Origin: Podarcis vaucheri
Lineage: Eukaryota
Assembly: GCA_965113315.1 (NCBI GenBank)
Contig: OZ220364.1
Strand: one strand, 5' to 3'
Length of the DNA: 64,000 nt
Under the pieces are notes generated by a model that saw only the letters and a program-made list of their open reading frames with translations, searched no databases and was not told the DNA's origin. The position numbers and the translations under genes were made by a program. This document shows positions 1-13,651 of the stretch, one piece after another. Within the stretch, counting starts at the first letter, position 1; each line of letters starts with the position of its first letter.

Positions 1-25
1 GCTCACCACGCAAACCACACACTCT

Positions 26-155
26 NNNNNNNNNNNNNNNNNNNNNNNNNNNNNNNNNNNNNNNNNNNNNNNNNNNNNNNNNNNNNNNNNNNNNNNNNNN
101 NNNNNNNNNNNNNNNNNNNNNNNNNNNNNNNNNNNNNNNNNNNNNNNNNNNNNNN
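26..155. other. Assembly gap (130 N)
   Basis: Run of N characters. Confidence 1.
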
Positions 156-1181
156 AGTCAAGAAGCAAAGTAAAATGAAGTAAAAAAAAAAGAAAAGAAA
201 CAAGCATAGAGGTTAGCCACAACTATTTGCGGGGGGTGGGGGGGCAGGATAAGAGACTATCAAAGGGGTGGCCTCATCACTTAGGGGGGGAAGTAAACAC
301 ATTACATGGATTTCAGAGTTGGGGGAAAAAACAGGATGGAGTTACTGTGTCTCATGCTACAACTTTAGTATCCGGATGAAAGGACAGCGCAGAAACTGGA
401 GATCATTCCATTGCCTTGTGTTCTGAGGATGCCCAGCCAACCAGCAACACCTCACGAAGCCCATCACTCGGATGAGAGCTGGCGTATCACTCTCTACCCA
501 CAATGCCTTGCTTTCAGACTAGACTAAAAGGTGAAGGCATTATGTAGAAAATCCTCCGCTGGCTGCTCCTTGAGATACAGTGGATATGAAATTATGGTAC
601 TAGCTCCTTGAGGGAAGGTGGGCATGAAGCATGGGAGATGCTTCCATACCTGGAACTGCAACGTTGCATGAAAGCATCTTTCTCTTCCTCCGTAAACCTA
701 GGGTCCCTTCCTGAGGTATGCAGTGCTGGAAAGCACGAGCTGCAGGAGGAGACCCGCCCCCCTCAGAATCTGCTGGGTTATGCTGGCCGGAGAGCCACAT
801 TTGGTTGGGGCAAAAAGAGCAGCGACACATGGCAGAACCCCTTTATTAAGCTGATGTTGCCATGCCATAAATCCTTTTACCAAGAAAGTCACTTTGGGTC
901 TCTCTCTCTAAAAACCCCCACTAATAACTGATTAAATATTGAGCTTCTGAACACTTCCAAGGTAAGACAGCTTCAGATCCCTAAGCGCAGAAGCCCATGA
1001 GACACAGACCCACAACAAGTACTTTTATCTAAACTACCCTTCCCCACCCCGGGGCTCCTCAAATGCTTTGGACAATAACTCCTAGGCTGATGGCATATGT
1101 AGTTCAAACATCGAGAACACATGGAATTGAGAAAGACTGGTTAAACTTAAACCACATAAGCACAGTGAAATATGTTCTTGA

Positions 1182-1312
1182 GCAGGGGTTCCCAAACTTG
1201 GGTCTCCAGCTGTTTTTGGACTACAGTTCCCATCATCCCTGACCAATGGTCCTGCTAGCTAGGGATGTTGGGAGTTGCAGTTCAACAACAGCTGAATTCC
1301 CAAGCTTTGGAA
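1182..1312. mobile_element. Palindromic hAT-type MITE
   Basis: Self-complementary ggactacagttcccatcatccct/agggatgttgggagttgcagttc; related to the copy at 45077-45203. Confidence 0.7.
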
Positions 1313-1352
1313 ATAAATAATAATAATGATGATGATGATGATGATGATGATG

Positions 1353-1631
1353 TTATTATTAATACCCTGCCCATCTGGCTGGGTTTCCCCAGCCACTCTG
1401 GGCGGCTCCCAAGCGAATGTTAAAAACACAATACAGCATTAAACATTAAAAACTTCCCTAAACAGGGCTGCCTTCAGATGTCCTTTAAAAGTAAGTTAGT
1501 TGCTTATTTCCTCGACATCTGCTGGGAGGGCGTTCCATAGGGCAGGTGCCACTACCGAGAAGGCCCTCTGCCTGGTTCCCTGTAACCTTACTTCTCGCAG
1601 TGAGGGAACCTCCAGAAGGCCCTCGGTGCTT
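1353..1631 (-). mobile_element. L2-like LINE 3' end
   Basis: Minus strand encodes RAFSVVAPALWNALP; short-repeat tail; near-identical to 41232-41623. Confidence 0.75.
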
Positions 1632-3664
1632 TGGGCTATTTTTTTAATGTGTTTGTTTTTGTGTGGTTGAGGGTTTTTTTGTAACTTTTTATAGCTTCAC
1701 TGTTGATTTTATAGGAGGTAGGCTCAACTTGATGGCTGCTCAAACTGCTTTGAACTATTTCTATCTGCTGTTTAACAATGCAGTATTATTTAACTTGCTT
1801 CTTCCTTTTTTAAAAAGACAATTATGGATCGGGCAGAAATGCAGCAGGAAATAATTTAAAGGAAACATAAATAACGTGTCATGAATGAGTGGAATGGTGT
1901 GAAAAGGGGAAGCCTCAACACAGGGAAACTGGGGAGAATGGGTGGTAGAAACTTTAACACATTGAAAGGCTCCTTTCCCTGCAACACACATAAAGAGGGG
2001 CAGGTGGGCAGAAAACTCAGTCATACAGCAGCAGAAGCCGCTCACTTTCTTACATGGGGCAAAAACCTTTGAAGTCCGACTGAAGTTTGCTATGACCAAC
2101 ACTCCTTAAGTGCTGCTTCAAATCAGGAGTGCAAATTGGGACCAACGTCCAGTCTCAAGATACAAAGTCCTAGTGACATCCCATGCCACTGTCTCCCTAA
2201 GACTGGTGCAGCTAAGGCCACTCAAGTTTCTGCATTTCCCCCAGCCCAACGAGTCCTGTCTCTGTTTCCGTGCAGAGCTGGAAGTGGCCTAACTGTGCAA
2301 GAGCCCACGAGACCTGAATCCAAAGGCACTGGGAAAGTGACTGGGGATCTTGCCATTTGGATAGTAAGCAAAATTAATGATCAGGCACTGTATAATGACC
2401 AACCTACTTGCGCTCAAGCAGCAGGGCCATAATCGCGGTGGTGGAAATGCTACAATTATATGGAAGTATAGAAAAGCCACAGGACACCAGCCACAGAATT
2501 CAGCTTAAGAATTTTTTCCCCTCTTTTTTTTTTCTTCAAAGGAGCAACTATGGTTGTGAAGCTACACTTGAGAATATGTGGGCAATGCCTGATGGAATCT
2601 TAGGAGTCAGGGCTGCTGGTGAGCAGGATTTAAAGCGACTTAAGAGCTGCCATCCCAGTCAGCAGAATAAATCCTCCTTGTAAACCACTTAGAGGTTATG
2701 TTACAATCAAGCGGTACATACATTTCGTTAAATAAAAAATAAACAGAAGTAGAGTTCTGCAAAGAACGAGAAATCATGCAAAGGCTTCCGATTTGCACCG
2801 TTTTAGAAGCTGCAGAATCTGGATTCCAACAGTCTGGGTTGTCTCGGTGCAATAGCGTTTTCTTATGTGTACAGAAATGCACAGCCCAGACTCAAAGCCC
2901 ATACAATTATGCAGAAAGTTGAGAATAGCAGAGAGTCCAGAATCCCAAATTGTAGTCATCTCAACTTTCATAAGAATAGACATTTCCAGGGAGTTTTGCT
3001 AAGGGGCAGCAGCAGACCTAAAGAGTTTAGTGGCCCAATATTGAAAAATGGGAATGGGAAGCGCCAACTCCACCCCAAGCACAAATATGGGACACAATAA
3101 AAAGTTAGAAAACGGGATGCTTCAGAATGAAAGCACTGGCATGTGCTTGTCATGAGGGAAACTACAAAACAGAGGCTACCTGCATGACTCACACCTGCAC
3201 TGCACTACAAAGGTTTACAGAAGTTTTGAAAGGGGGAGGCAAATGGCTGTAAGAAGAACAGGAAACACATCATGCAGATGGGGAATTCTGGGGATGCAAA
3301 ACAGCTAATGTTCTCCAAAGCTTAGAGTTTGCTAAGAGGTGAATGCAGGAGAGCAGCAGCCCAGAAGCTGACAGCATCTCTGGATACTACTGGGGTAGGG
3401 AAGCTGAGATTAAGTGAATCAGAGGGCAGGGAATAGTGTTTCTGGTAACCTGTAACTCTTTGCACACTCTAGTATCCATCTACTGTGCATAATAATAAAG
3501 AAGAACAGGGACTTTATAATCTGCAGGTGCCAAATTCTCGGAATACACAGGATTCTTTAAAAAACCTATCTTCTCGTTTCTTAGGTCTACCTGTCTTTCC
3601 AAGGAGTTTTGATGCATACATCCTAGGTCTGCAGGGAAAGCTGCCATCCTGCCCCTCAACTTAC

Positions 3665-3918
3665 CTCAAACTGTAGTGGAGTATTACAACGACTAGCAGC
3701 CAAGGAGGGAATTGGTGAGAAGATCACACCGCAGCTACTTCGACATTCCTCCTCTCCTGGCATGGATGAGGAGGACGTGGTGAGGTGTGGGCTCAGCGCA
3801 TCTGGAACCGAGGGGTCAGGAAGTGGGGGAGTGACTGGAGAAAGCGGTCTCAATAACTTGGTAACACTCTGCTCCATTAGATAGCGAGACTTCCACTTCT
3901 TCAGGGGGCTCAGGAAAT
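3665..3918 (-). CDS. SETD5: SETD5 exon ([17 protein letters not shown]...[10 protein letters not shown]); last coding exon visible
   Basis: 254 nt, tttcag|AT and GAG|gtaagt; further exons expected left of the window. Confidence 0.96.
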
Positions 3919-5030
3919 CTGAAAGGCAACACAGAATCCAGGTAGTGACTCTACCATTGCAAAGCCCCAATCCACCCTCATCATCTACTCCCCCTACACG
4001 AATCTTTAAATTTTTGACTGGTTCTTGCCATACTGACAACTCTTCAGCTCTCTCTCTCTATAAAAAAGAACCCTTCTTTTCTCCAAAGAGGAGCACTACC
4101 AAAACAGGGGGAGGTAAGAAAGGGGGGCAATTTCAGGGCTCAAGGGAACTCGCTGAGATAAAAAAAGGGTCCAAACCAAAAGCATCCGACAAGGTAATAA
4201 AAATACCTGTTAAGGTCTAGGTTGTCCAAAATCTAAGCCTCTCTACATCACCTCCATACATCTCCACCAACACAGCAGTATGCACCTTGCCAAAAGACAG
4301 GGTCGTGGCCCAGAAAGTGATAACCCAAGCCTCTCCCTCTTCCACTCAGCCGCATCACTTCCTTGTGAAGCTTCCTTTCATTTACCTGCAGTCTTCCTGA
4401 GCTAGGAATGGTGAATCTTCCTTGCACTCATTAGGCTGATGGGTAATCTGGCAAGGATTCAAAACAAGTCGGAACAAGAACTAGTCCTTGCTGGAAACAT
4501 CCAGTAATGCTCACAAGTCCCCCCTATTAAGTTTCCTGTTGACAACATCCAGGCCTCCCTCTCTGCACTCTTTACTGTCCCCAATGCTTTCAAATCAATC
4601 CTCTAAATACAGTAAAAGGGTTATTCTGCTCTATTATCTCTATCCTCAGACACCAAGCAACCTTCATTGATGAGTCCTTGTTAATTTTATTTTGTCAAAT
4701 TCCACTACCCTTGCAGCAGCAAGTCCCCTGCTAGGGTAGAGACCAGCTACTGATGGCAAGACCAAAAGAGAACTTTGAAGCCCCCACTTTCCTTCAACTG
4801 GAGTGTTTTGCATCTGCACACACAAGCTAATCTCTCTTTCTCAATAGACCAAGGCTTCTTTCGCCCACTCGTACAGTTGGATAACTTGAAACACTTTTCC
4901 CAGCTGCAAAGTAGCTGCTCATCAGTAAGCCACCCCTCACACTATCAGTAGAACGTCTAAAGCAGGGCAGGCAGCCTTTTTTCTGCTGGGGGGTCACATG
5001 CCCTGGAGGGTAATCTGCTGGAGTCACATA

Positions 5031-5236
5031 CAGTGGTACCTCAGGTTACAGACGCTTCAGGTTACAGACTCAGAACTAGTACCTCTGGTTAAGAACTTTA
5101 CTTCAGGATGAGAACAGAAATCGTGCGGTGGCAGTGGGAGGCCCCATTAGCTAGTGTGGTACCTCAGTTTAAGAACAGTTTCAGGTTAAGAATGGACCTC
5201 CAGAACGAATTAAGTTCTTAACCCGAGGTACCACTG
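5031..5236. mobile_element. Tc1/mariner (Tigger-like) MITE
   Basis: TIR CAGTGGTACCTC...GAGGTACCACTG flanked by TA. Confidence 0.9.
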
Positions 5237-6644
5237 TATTGGTGATGGGTGGAGCCTGAGCCAAAAGTGAGAGTGGGGTCAGAGGTCAAGGTGTCCACTC
5301 TGCTCTCCAATACCTTCTCCTCTTTCCTTCCTTGCCACACAAAAGGAATCAGGCCAAATGGAATCTGGCTCAGAGCTGCAAGCTGCCCACCTGCATCCCA
5401 AAGGGAACCTCTATTAGCCCATATTCCATCGACAGACATCAATCCTGTTGGCCAAAAAACCACAGTTGCATTCTAACCAGTGAGAGCCAATTATTCCAAG
5501 GGAAGTAGGGCTGCTCCAGTGTTTCCATCCATCTACTGATAAGATTATGCTCTACCCTTCAACACACAATGCAAACCTTTGCCTAACAGCAGCTCCGGGA
5601 TAGTTGTAAGTGGATAGTGGGAGGTCATTTGCCAAGTTTTTGCTGGTAGATTAGATCCCCAACCCCACAACTATTGATTTCACTAGCTGCTGCAAGCACT
5701 CTTGAGTTGTTCCCCCAAGATGCTGACTTGCATATGTGAGCTGTCCCTTGCATAAGAATCTTGTACACAGCCCCCCCCCGCCCAATTTCCCTTCCTTCTC
5801 AAGCCACGACAGCACCTCTCTTCTCTCCCGCCACCCTATTAACAAGGGAGTTGCATAGGCCTGCCCTTCCCAGCACTTCCTTTACGTCCTGTGACAGAAC
5901 TTAATCTGACTTGCAAGAAACCCCTCAAAAGCCAAATGATTTCGTGGTCCTAAGAAATGCCACTGGACAACTTTTAACTCAAAGAATCCAACCCATAGAA
6001 GCCTCTTAGAAAGACCACCAGAGAGCCTTTTCTGCTCCCCCCCACCCACCTCTCGCTCAAAATTGCAATTTGCCCAGAACTAGTGCTTTTTCTGCTTTCG
6101 ATGCCTCTAACCTTTGTGTAACACACAGTTATCTGTACACTGCCTAGGGCCTCGTCTCGCGTCCTTGGAAAACTGATCCCTGACTTGGATAGATCGCCAC
6201 CCTCTTCCTCTGCAAAGACAGATGCAAAGTTACTGTTTTTAAAACTTGTCTTTTTGCTTTGCTCACAGATGTATGCTCTGGTGCTGCAGAGTGGCTGTTC
6301 TGCAACCAGGTGCCTGCTCTTTTAACCAGTTATTTTCCCAGCAAGTGGAGGAAGGCGGTGGCACTGGGTTTGGTGCAGTTCACTTCCTCCCTGGGAATAA
6401 GGTCTCTGTTTCTAGATGAAGCCCAAAGGGGAATGGGTTCTCTTGATCTTGGAAAAGGAGGATTCCCTTCTTACACTCCTCCCTGCCCCCCTCCGCAAGG
6501 GAAATGTCAGAATGAGTAGTCACCCGGCAAAAGAAACACCATTCACGCAGCTTGTGCGGTTTTTCTGCTTGTTCCCCCTTGCATTCCCCTCAGGAGCAGG
6601 CTAACAGGTGGGTTGATATCTGCAGAATGGCAACAGGCCCATGC

Positions 6645-6785
6645 CATAGTCACAGAACTGTAGAACTGGAAGGGACCCCGAGATTCACAGTCCAACCCCC
6701 TGTAATGCAGGAATATGGAGGTGGCTCATATGGGGTTTGAGCCCACAACCTTGGTGTTAGCACCACACTCTAACCACCGTAGCAA
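6645..6785 (-). mobile_element. tRNA(Ile)-like-headed SINE with CR1-type tail
   Basis: Minus strand ggttagagtgtggtgctaacaccaaggttgtgggctcaaacccc, then ggggttggact...gtcccttccagttctac. Confidence 0.65.
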
Positions 6786-6911
6786 CCTGAGGAGCTGTGA
6801 AGGACAGGATGTTATACAATGAGGAGAGTGGCATTTCTGAGCTCTAATCCATCACAAACCCTGGGCTAAAGACTGTAGCGCCTGGGTTGTTGGGAAATAA
6901 CAAGAAGGAAT

Positions 6912-6995
6912 GAAGAAGAAGAAGAAGAAGAAGAAGAAGAAGAAGAAGAAGAAGAAGAAGAAGAAGAAGAAGAAGAAGCAGCAGCAGCAGCAGCA
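6912..6995. repeat. Compound microsatellite (GAA)22(GCA)6
   Basis: Direct read. Confidence 0.98.
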
Positions 6996-7049
6996 GCCTG
7001 TATCAACAGGTAGCAAAACACTACGCAACTCTATGTGCACTGTACCTAT

Positions 7050-7222
7050 TATTGCTCACTAGCTCACTGAGTGACCTTGAACCAGTCACTGCTTCTCAGC
7101 CTAACCTACCTCATGGGGTCATTCCGAAGACTAATTGAGGAGGGGAATAACTATGCACTCCACCTCGAGTTCCTTGGAGAACGAGGTGAGATACAAATGC
7201 AGTAAACAAACGAATAAATAAA
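7050..7222 (+). mobile_element. Degenerate SINE 3' part (Squam3/CORE-like)
   Basis: gtgaccttg...cagcctaacctacctca...gagttccttggag...aataaataaa. Confidence 0.5.
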
Positions 7223-7365
7223 CTGGTTAGTACATGGAGGCCAGAGTTGTGTAGAGTTATTGACTGCAATTATGCTTGCTTGCTTTCTAAGTGGCCCTTC
7301 AAGGAGTGGAAAACTGAAACGACGTCCACGGTGCACCACTGAAACATGGAGGCCTCTCAACCAAC

Positions 7366-7495
7366 CTGCGTTTTCCTTGCAGATGCCAGAAGTGCTACCG
7401 CTCTCGTTGCTTTGGTATAGACACTGAGTTCTGTTCTCTTGGGAAGCAGCTGAGGTCTGAGTCATCCCTTCTTCCAGAGCCTGCTTCATCCAACG
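7366..7495 (-). CDS. SETD5: SETD5 exon ([13 protein letters not shown]...CKENA)
   Basis: 130 nt, ttttgcag|CGT and G|gttggt. Confidence 0.95.
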
Positions 7496-9572
7496 CTGCA
7501 AAAACAAACCTTGCTTAATAATGCACAGGCTCCCACTTAAAGTGTTTCTCCCCCCGCCCCCGACTTGCAACAGACCACTTTCAGCAATTTCCATCTGTTA
7601 TCGGTCAATGCCCCAGGGGATGGGGAGGATCTGTTTTCACCTCAATCACTTTATGGGTGGGGCCGTTTACAACCTGTACCCCAACTCAAAGTTGTTGTTT
7701 TTACTAAAAATAAGTGATGCCTCTATGCAAATAGTCTATTTTCCATGAGGTCACTCAATATACATGTTTTAGGCTGAGCCCATATTTTTAACTAGCAAAT
7801 GATGGTGCAGTAGGAGAAGGAAATGACCTAAGGCAGGGAAGGCAACAGGGGCTTGTGTGTAGGGAAACTTAGCTAGGAGCCTTAAAGGAGAGAGAGGGAG
7901 CCAGTGCAGGCCAAAAGTTTCATCCCTTTGGACTCTGAGCCATTCACCTATTATAGCCCATTTTCAAATGCATCTCCACAAGCCATGACAACTAGAACAG
8001 TATCTTTATATGAAAAGATTTGAACGCCAGCATCCGGCTTTTTTGCGTTGCTTTTTTTTTTTACTAGGGAGGTACCACTATTTTAGCATATGGAAACATA
8101 AAAACAACAGCTTGCCACTCCTACCTAGTCCAAGACTCTCATATGTTGAACACGCACACGGTAAAACCAGATCTGGAAATTACCGATTCTAATTAAGCAC
8201 ACAGGATTATGTTATTAATGCTCTAAACTGAAATTAGGAAAGTAAAATTGAATTCTTTGCTTTTTGCCCAAAAGCACACTGGGGTTAGCTGGCCAGGACA
8301 TTCACACGGAGAAATGAACCAGATTCAGGACCCAATTAGCAGAAGGTGCATTCTAAATACGGCTTATCCCGCTGTGTCAGAGCAAGATATGGCAAAGATA
8401 TGCTTACCAGTCTAAAAGGAAATGCTGGGAGCCCATTTCTGGCCTGGTTGCAGCATAGAATATACATTCAACAAAAACAGGCAAAGAAATAGAGACGACC
8501 AGTAGTATGGCCATCCTATGCTGCTCTAGACTCACCACGCAAATGTGCACATAGACCACCCCACAATTTTGTTGGAAAACAAGTTTCAAAGCCCTTGTGG
8601 GTGTTCAAGATAGTTATGGAAATGCATTAGCCCACTCAAGACTCAAGTAGACAGAAGCCACTTCCTCATAGTCCTGTTGCTGGCTATCCCCTTTCTTGCA
8701 CCTTGCCCTTGACAGGCAACTTGCCAAAATACATGCAAGATACCCAAATATTAGCTTTATTAAAAGGCTGTCATGTATTATGAGAACTACTTTCATTACT
8801 TAAGCAGCCTAAACCAGAATAGACTCCCAATCTGCTTATCTGCCTGAGGGGTTATGTTGACACAATTTTGTGGGTGGGGGGTTGTTTTGTTGTTTTATAC
8901 CAGGTAACTCGTGAGGCCCAGGAAACTGCATACAGGGCATTCCTGTGTCCATGGGCCATTCCTTTGCAGCTTAGAGCCCTCTGGAAACCCAGCTATTAAT
9001 CCTGCCTTTGTAAGGCATGAAAAACAAGCTGCTTTAGGCAGACTCTGAGTAGGCATTGCCTCTCAAGGCAAAAAATACATTTAAAGAAAGCATTAGACAC
9101 ACAACGTAACTAGTAGCCTAGAAAAATAAAGCAAAAGATTAAAATGAAAACTTGACTTTGCCAAGGTCTACGGAAAATCTAGAGCTGGCATCACAATGTG
9201 TGCATCATGGTGAATGTCTCACACCCAGTCCTGGGCTATGCAAAGCCCTTCTTGAAACAGATACTCTTGACTTTCCTAGTCTCCCTAATCTAGCTACAGC
9301 TTGCGGTGCAGAGAGAAAACAGGTGTGAAACACACTTTCCTTTCTGCTCACCTAACCGAGAATCATCACAGGTTATCTCTATTCAAGAGATCTCAATCAG
9401 CAATATCTTGGCAACCACAAAATTCAAGATGTGTACAGTGCACCTAATTTAGAATCTTAGTCCCAGTAGGCAAGGTGCATCAATTACTACTTAGATGTTT
9501 CAGCTACTGCAGTTTTTTAAACCCATACAATAAAGTGTTTTAAGAAATCCTGCAAGAGCCTGTATTTAAATA

Positions 9573-9774
9573 CAGTGGTACCTCGGGTTACAGACGCTTC
9601 AGGTTACAGACTCCGCTAGCCCAGAAATAGTACCTCGGGTTAAGAACTTTGCAGAAATTGTGTGGCGGTGGCGTGAGGCCCCATTAGCTAAATTGGTACC
9701 TCGGGTTATGAAACAATTTTAGGTTAAGAATGGACCTCCAGAACGAATTAAGTTCTTAACCTGAGGTACCACTG
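9573..9774. mobile_element. Tc1/mariner MITE
   Basis: Same TIR and TA TSD as 5031-5236. Confidence 0.9.
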
Positions 9775-10152
9775 TAGAGGAGTTCAAGCACACCACAGTC
9801 TTGTCTTTCTAACAATGCATGCAGTGCATAATCTATTCACATCTAGGAACAGCTAGTGAGCCTATGGAAGAAGACCATGCCTTTTCTGTAATTTTTAAAG
9901 TGTCATGAGGCAGTGTTGTAAGCAGGGAGAAACTGTTCCCTACATCCACTGAAAATACGAGAACCAGTTAAAACAATTTTAGTTGTATGTTTCTTTTCCA
10001 GGAAGAGTTTCAGTAAACCAAACCTGGGCCAGCATATTTTGGGGTGCTTTAAGGAAAGTCATGCATGTTCATTAGACATTCAAATTTCTTTTCTTTTTTT
10101 AAAAAAGAAATATTGGGCCAAGTGCACGGACCACAACCAAAAGCAGACATAC

Positions 10153-10395
10153 CTTTTTGCATGAGCTGTAGTTCCCATCCAGCTGAACCGGCCGCCTTCG
10201 CCTTTCTGGGGTGAAGGGAGAACCAAAACGGATGTAGTGTTTGGGCGTGGTGCAAATGAGGGGGGAGTGGACAAGGCCTGGCAACATATTGAGGGTGGTA
10301 GCCAGCACGGTTGGGTCAGTGGTGATACGTAAAGGGCACTCAATGGGGCACTCCTGTTTCTCTGCCTTGTCATTCAGCCATTCTGTAACTAGATA
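10153..10395 (-). CDS. SETD5: SETD5 exon ([28 protein letters not shown]...SSCKK)
   Basis: 243 nt, tttcag|TAT and AAG|gtatgt. Confidence 0.97.
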
Positions 10396-11656
10396 CTGAA
10401 AGCAGAAATAACAGAAATGTGTCTTACTATGCAAGGAACTTGTAAAGATAAGACAAAATAGTCAATAGGGAGAGGTGGGAATAGGTGGGCCCAGAACTGT
10501 CTACTCTGCCTGGGCCCTGGTTGTCCATGGTTTCAAGCAGGGAACTTCCCCAGCCCTGCTACCAAACATCTCTTTATTAAAGTTGGAAGTAGCAGAGATG
10601 AAACCTGAGGCAGAGTATATGCCCTACCATTGGGTTATGGGCCAACAACAATACCCCTCCCCCATGAAAACCCTCAAATGCATTCTTAAATCTGGTGCGT
10701 AAGATATATACAAGTGGCCTGGCAATGACATCTTTGGAAAGGTCTCATTGGTGTAATTCATAAGGTCTTACAATGAGAACTGCTGTTCTCATCAATCACC
10801 TCCTCCTAGAAGAAATCCCTGTGATCTGGAAGGTGCCAAAACCTGCCCCATTGTTGGGCTGCAAAAGTGCCACTTGTATTATTTTAAAGGTCTAGAAATC
10901 ATGCTCTGAACCTCTTATTAAAAACTGAGTTGAAGAAGTGTCCATTAAAAACAGATCTTGGCTTAAGATGGGTTACACCATAGAAAATTAAGTTCAGCTT
11001 GATTGCTTTTCCTCAAATGGTTCTAACAATGTTAAGCTTCTACTGCAGCAGTTTTCAATTTTTATTTTATTTATTTTCTTGGCAGACCACTTGTAAATTG
11101 CTGGAGGTCTTAGCAGTCCACTTAATAAACCTTTTTGATGGTTCTGGCACCATTATCAAAATCAGTGCACTATTACGAAAATCACAGGCCCTAGGAAATG
11201 GCTTGTTTGTCTGTTCGATAAATCTGTCCCTGGGTCAAAATGGCCTCCCATCTCCATTACTCAGAGAGAAAAAATAAGGCAAGTGCAGGTCCAAGCACAG
11301 ATATTCTCAAATGTTCTGCAACCTTTCCACAGTCAACCTGCCTGGAGCTCACACAGTTTGAGAATTTCTGTCTCACTGGAATCTCATAAAAAGCCATTTT
11401 CCTCCATTTCTTTTCACTGGGCTAAAATTATTTTCACCCTTTTGAAAATGGATAGTAATTCACTGGAGAATGTTGATAGGGTTGGGAAACCAGTGGAGGA
11501 GGCTTTGGAAAATCAGGATTGTCAAATCTTGTCTTCTTGACTCAGATAGTACCACTGAAGTCTCTGTACAGCTCCTGTTGTAATTTATAAGCCTGCCACA
11601 CACTGTGTTTGTTACCCAAACATAAGCATATTGCAGGGTCCTAAGATACATCCTGC

Positions 11657-12010
11657 AATATGCTTATGTTTGTCTAAACCACAGAGCCTAGGGCTTGCCG
11701 ATCAGAAGGTTGGCAGTTTGAATCCCCACGACGGGGTGAGCTCCCGTTGTTCAGTCCCAGCTCCTACCCACCTAGCAGTTCGAAAGCACGTCAAAGTGCA
11801 AGTAGATAAATAGGTACCGCTCTGGCGGGAAAGTAAACGGTGTTTCTGTGCGCTGTTCTGGTTCGCCAGAAGCGGCTTAGTCATGCTGGCCACATGACCC
11901 AGAAGCTGTCTGCGGACAAACGCCAGCTCCCTCGGCCTGTAGAGCGAGATGAGCACCGCAACCCCAGAATCATCCGCGACTGGAGCTAATGGTCGGGGTA
12001 CCTTTACCTT
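11657..12010 (+). mobile_element. Sauria SINE, 5'-truncated, 15-bp TSD
   Basis: Diagnostic ctagcagttcgaaagcacgtcaaagtgcaagtagataaataggtacc and ACCTTT tail; TSD TAAGATACATCCTGC at 11642-11656 and 12011-12025. Confidence 0.92.
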
Positions 12011-12045
12011 TAAGATACATCCTGCCCATCCCTCAGTTGATTTAC

Positions 12046-12366
12046 CTTTTTCGTTTTGGGATACTTGAGTGCAGCCCGGCTGGCCTGTGTTCCTGCAACT
12101 GCAGCCACAGCTGGGTCAGAACCCATCAACTGCTTCCCTTCTCCAGGACCCTCCACGCTGCTGACTTCCGCCGCCATTACTGTGCTCACGGCGTTTCCCT
12201 CCTCTGGAGCTGCTTGAGAGAGCTCAGCCTGTTGGGAGCTGGCTTGCTTTTGCCTTCTCAGCCGCTGTGCGGAACTACTCCGATAACGGGAAAACCGGCT
12301 TTTGGGTCGCGGCCTAGCTGGTTTTGACGGTGCTGTTTTAGAGACTGGTTTCTCTGCTGCCGTTTC
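12046..12366 (-). CDS. SETD5: SETD5 exon ([10 protein letters not shown]...[24 protein letters not shown]...KYPKTKK)
   Basis: 321 nt, tgcag|GAA and AAG|gtaaat; open in frame. Not in the supplied ORF track. Confidence 0.95.
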
Positions 12367-13048
12367 CTGCAGTGCAAAGCCCAGTGTAAGGTATGGAATT
12401 ATTGAGAACCTGCGCCTCTACACATTTGCTCTCAAACAGGAGCAGCCTGGCGAAATATATTTGTAAAGGTTTAATTCCTGGAGTGTAAAGGGAGAGTCAA
12501 GGGAAAATCTGAGGCGCTAGTATTCTTTGGGGGGTGGGGGAGTTTTACTTGCATCTTAATGCAATGCTCCCTCTAGAATACTGTTTTCACCCTTGAAGCA
12601 TTTGCCAAACAGGTGCCAGCTGGCATATTCTGAGTCCAATAAGAAGTGTCCAAGGGTGCCAGTACAACATGGTCTGTGAAAGTAACTGTGCTGATTTGTA
12701 GACAGCAAGTCCGTGCCAAAATATGGCCCCCACCTTCCCTTGTGCTCTCAGCATGCCCAATGAAACGTGACTTCTTTCAAATCCAGCACACGTCTGGTAA
12801 CACTGAAAATGCTACCAGTCGGGGGCTCACAACCAATTGTCATGTTGGATCAAGCCAATGGTCTAATTATATAATATATAATTACATTCCAGTGGACATT
12901 TTAATACAACAGGAAGGTTGAATTACACTTCCAGCATCTGGTAGCTGGAAGGATATCCTTTCTGAACATGGAGTTGCATATAGCAATTCCACTGTAATTC
13001 CCAAAGTTACTGGGGCCAAACCCTTGGCAGTTCTACCCTTCTTCTTAC

Positions 13049-13312
13049 CCCGGCCTGTGAAGACCTCCGTGTGTTCACTCCAACGCTGCTGGCACTGGAA
13101 GGGGCACTTGGCACAGAAACACTTGAAGCCAAACTGCTCTCCTCAGTTTCATTTGGCTCAGCTTTTACTTCCTCCGGTTCTGGAGTCTCTGCCGTGACCA
13201 CCACTTCTGCGTCTGTGCTGCTCCGGTCTGATGGGAGATCTCGTCTCCTCTTTCTTTTTTCAAGGTTCTCAAACACGTGCATGATGGCTTCTACCTTCCG
13301 ATCTTCTCGGGT
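13049..13312 (-). CDS. SETD5: SETD5 exon ([21 protein letters not shown]...NTRRSSQAG)
   Basis: 264 nt, tag|ACC and GGG|gtaaga. Confidence 0.96.
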
Positions 13313-13613
13313 CTAGCCCAACCGAAGCACAAATCAAAGTCAGCAGAACAGGTACAAATGGGTAAAAAAAAACCCGGCAGACCAGACAAGAAGGGAAGAA
13401 GGGGAAACACAACAGGATCAACAGTGGCAAACTAGTAGACATCCCAATAATGTCCCGCTTTCCATTCCTCGTGGATCAACTTGCCTGAGCTCTGAACATG
13501 GGATACTAGTTCTGTCAACTCAGCATACACTGATCTCAATGGAATTGCAATTCAGAACAGCATGGTCATGTGAAAATATTAGGTGCCTAGGATTAAAATG
13601 CATGTTACCCCTG

Positions 13614-13614
<1 letters not shown>

Positions 13615-13650
<36 letters not shown>
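13615..13650. repeat. (CA)n microsatellite
   Basis: Direct read. Confidence 0.97.

Positions 13651-13651
<1 letters not shown>

Noticed and set aside
156-3664. Further SETD5 exons after ...PLQFE
   Set aside because: No frame resembling the expected next segment was found; it presumably lies beyond the gap or left edge.
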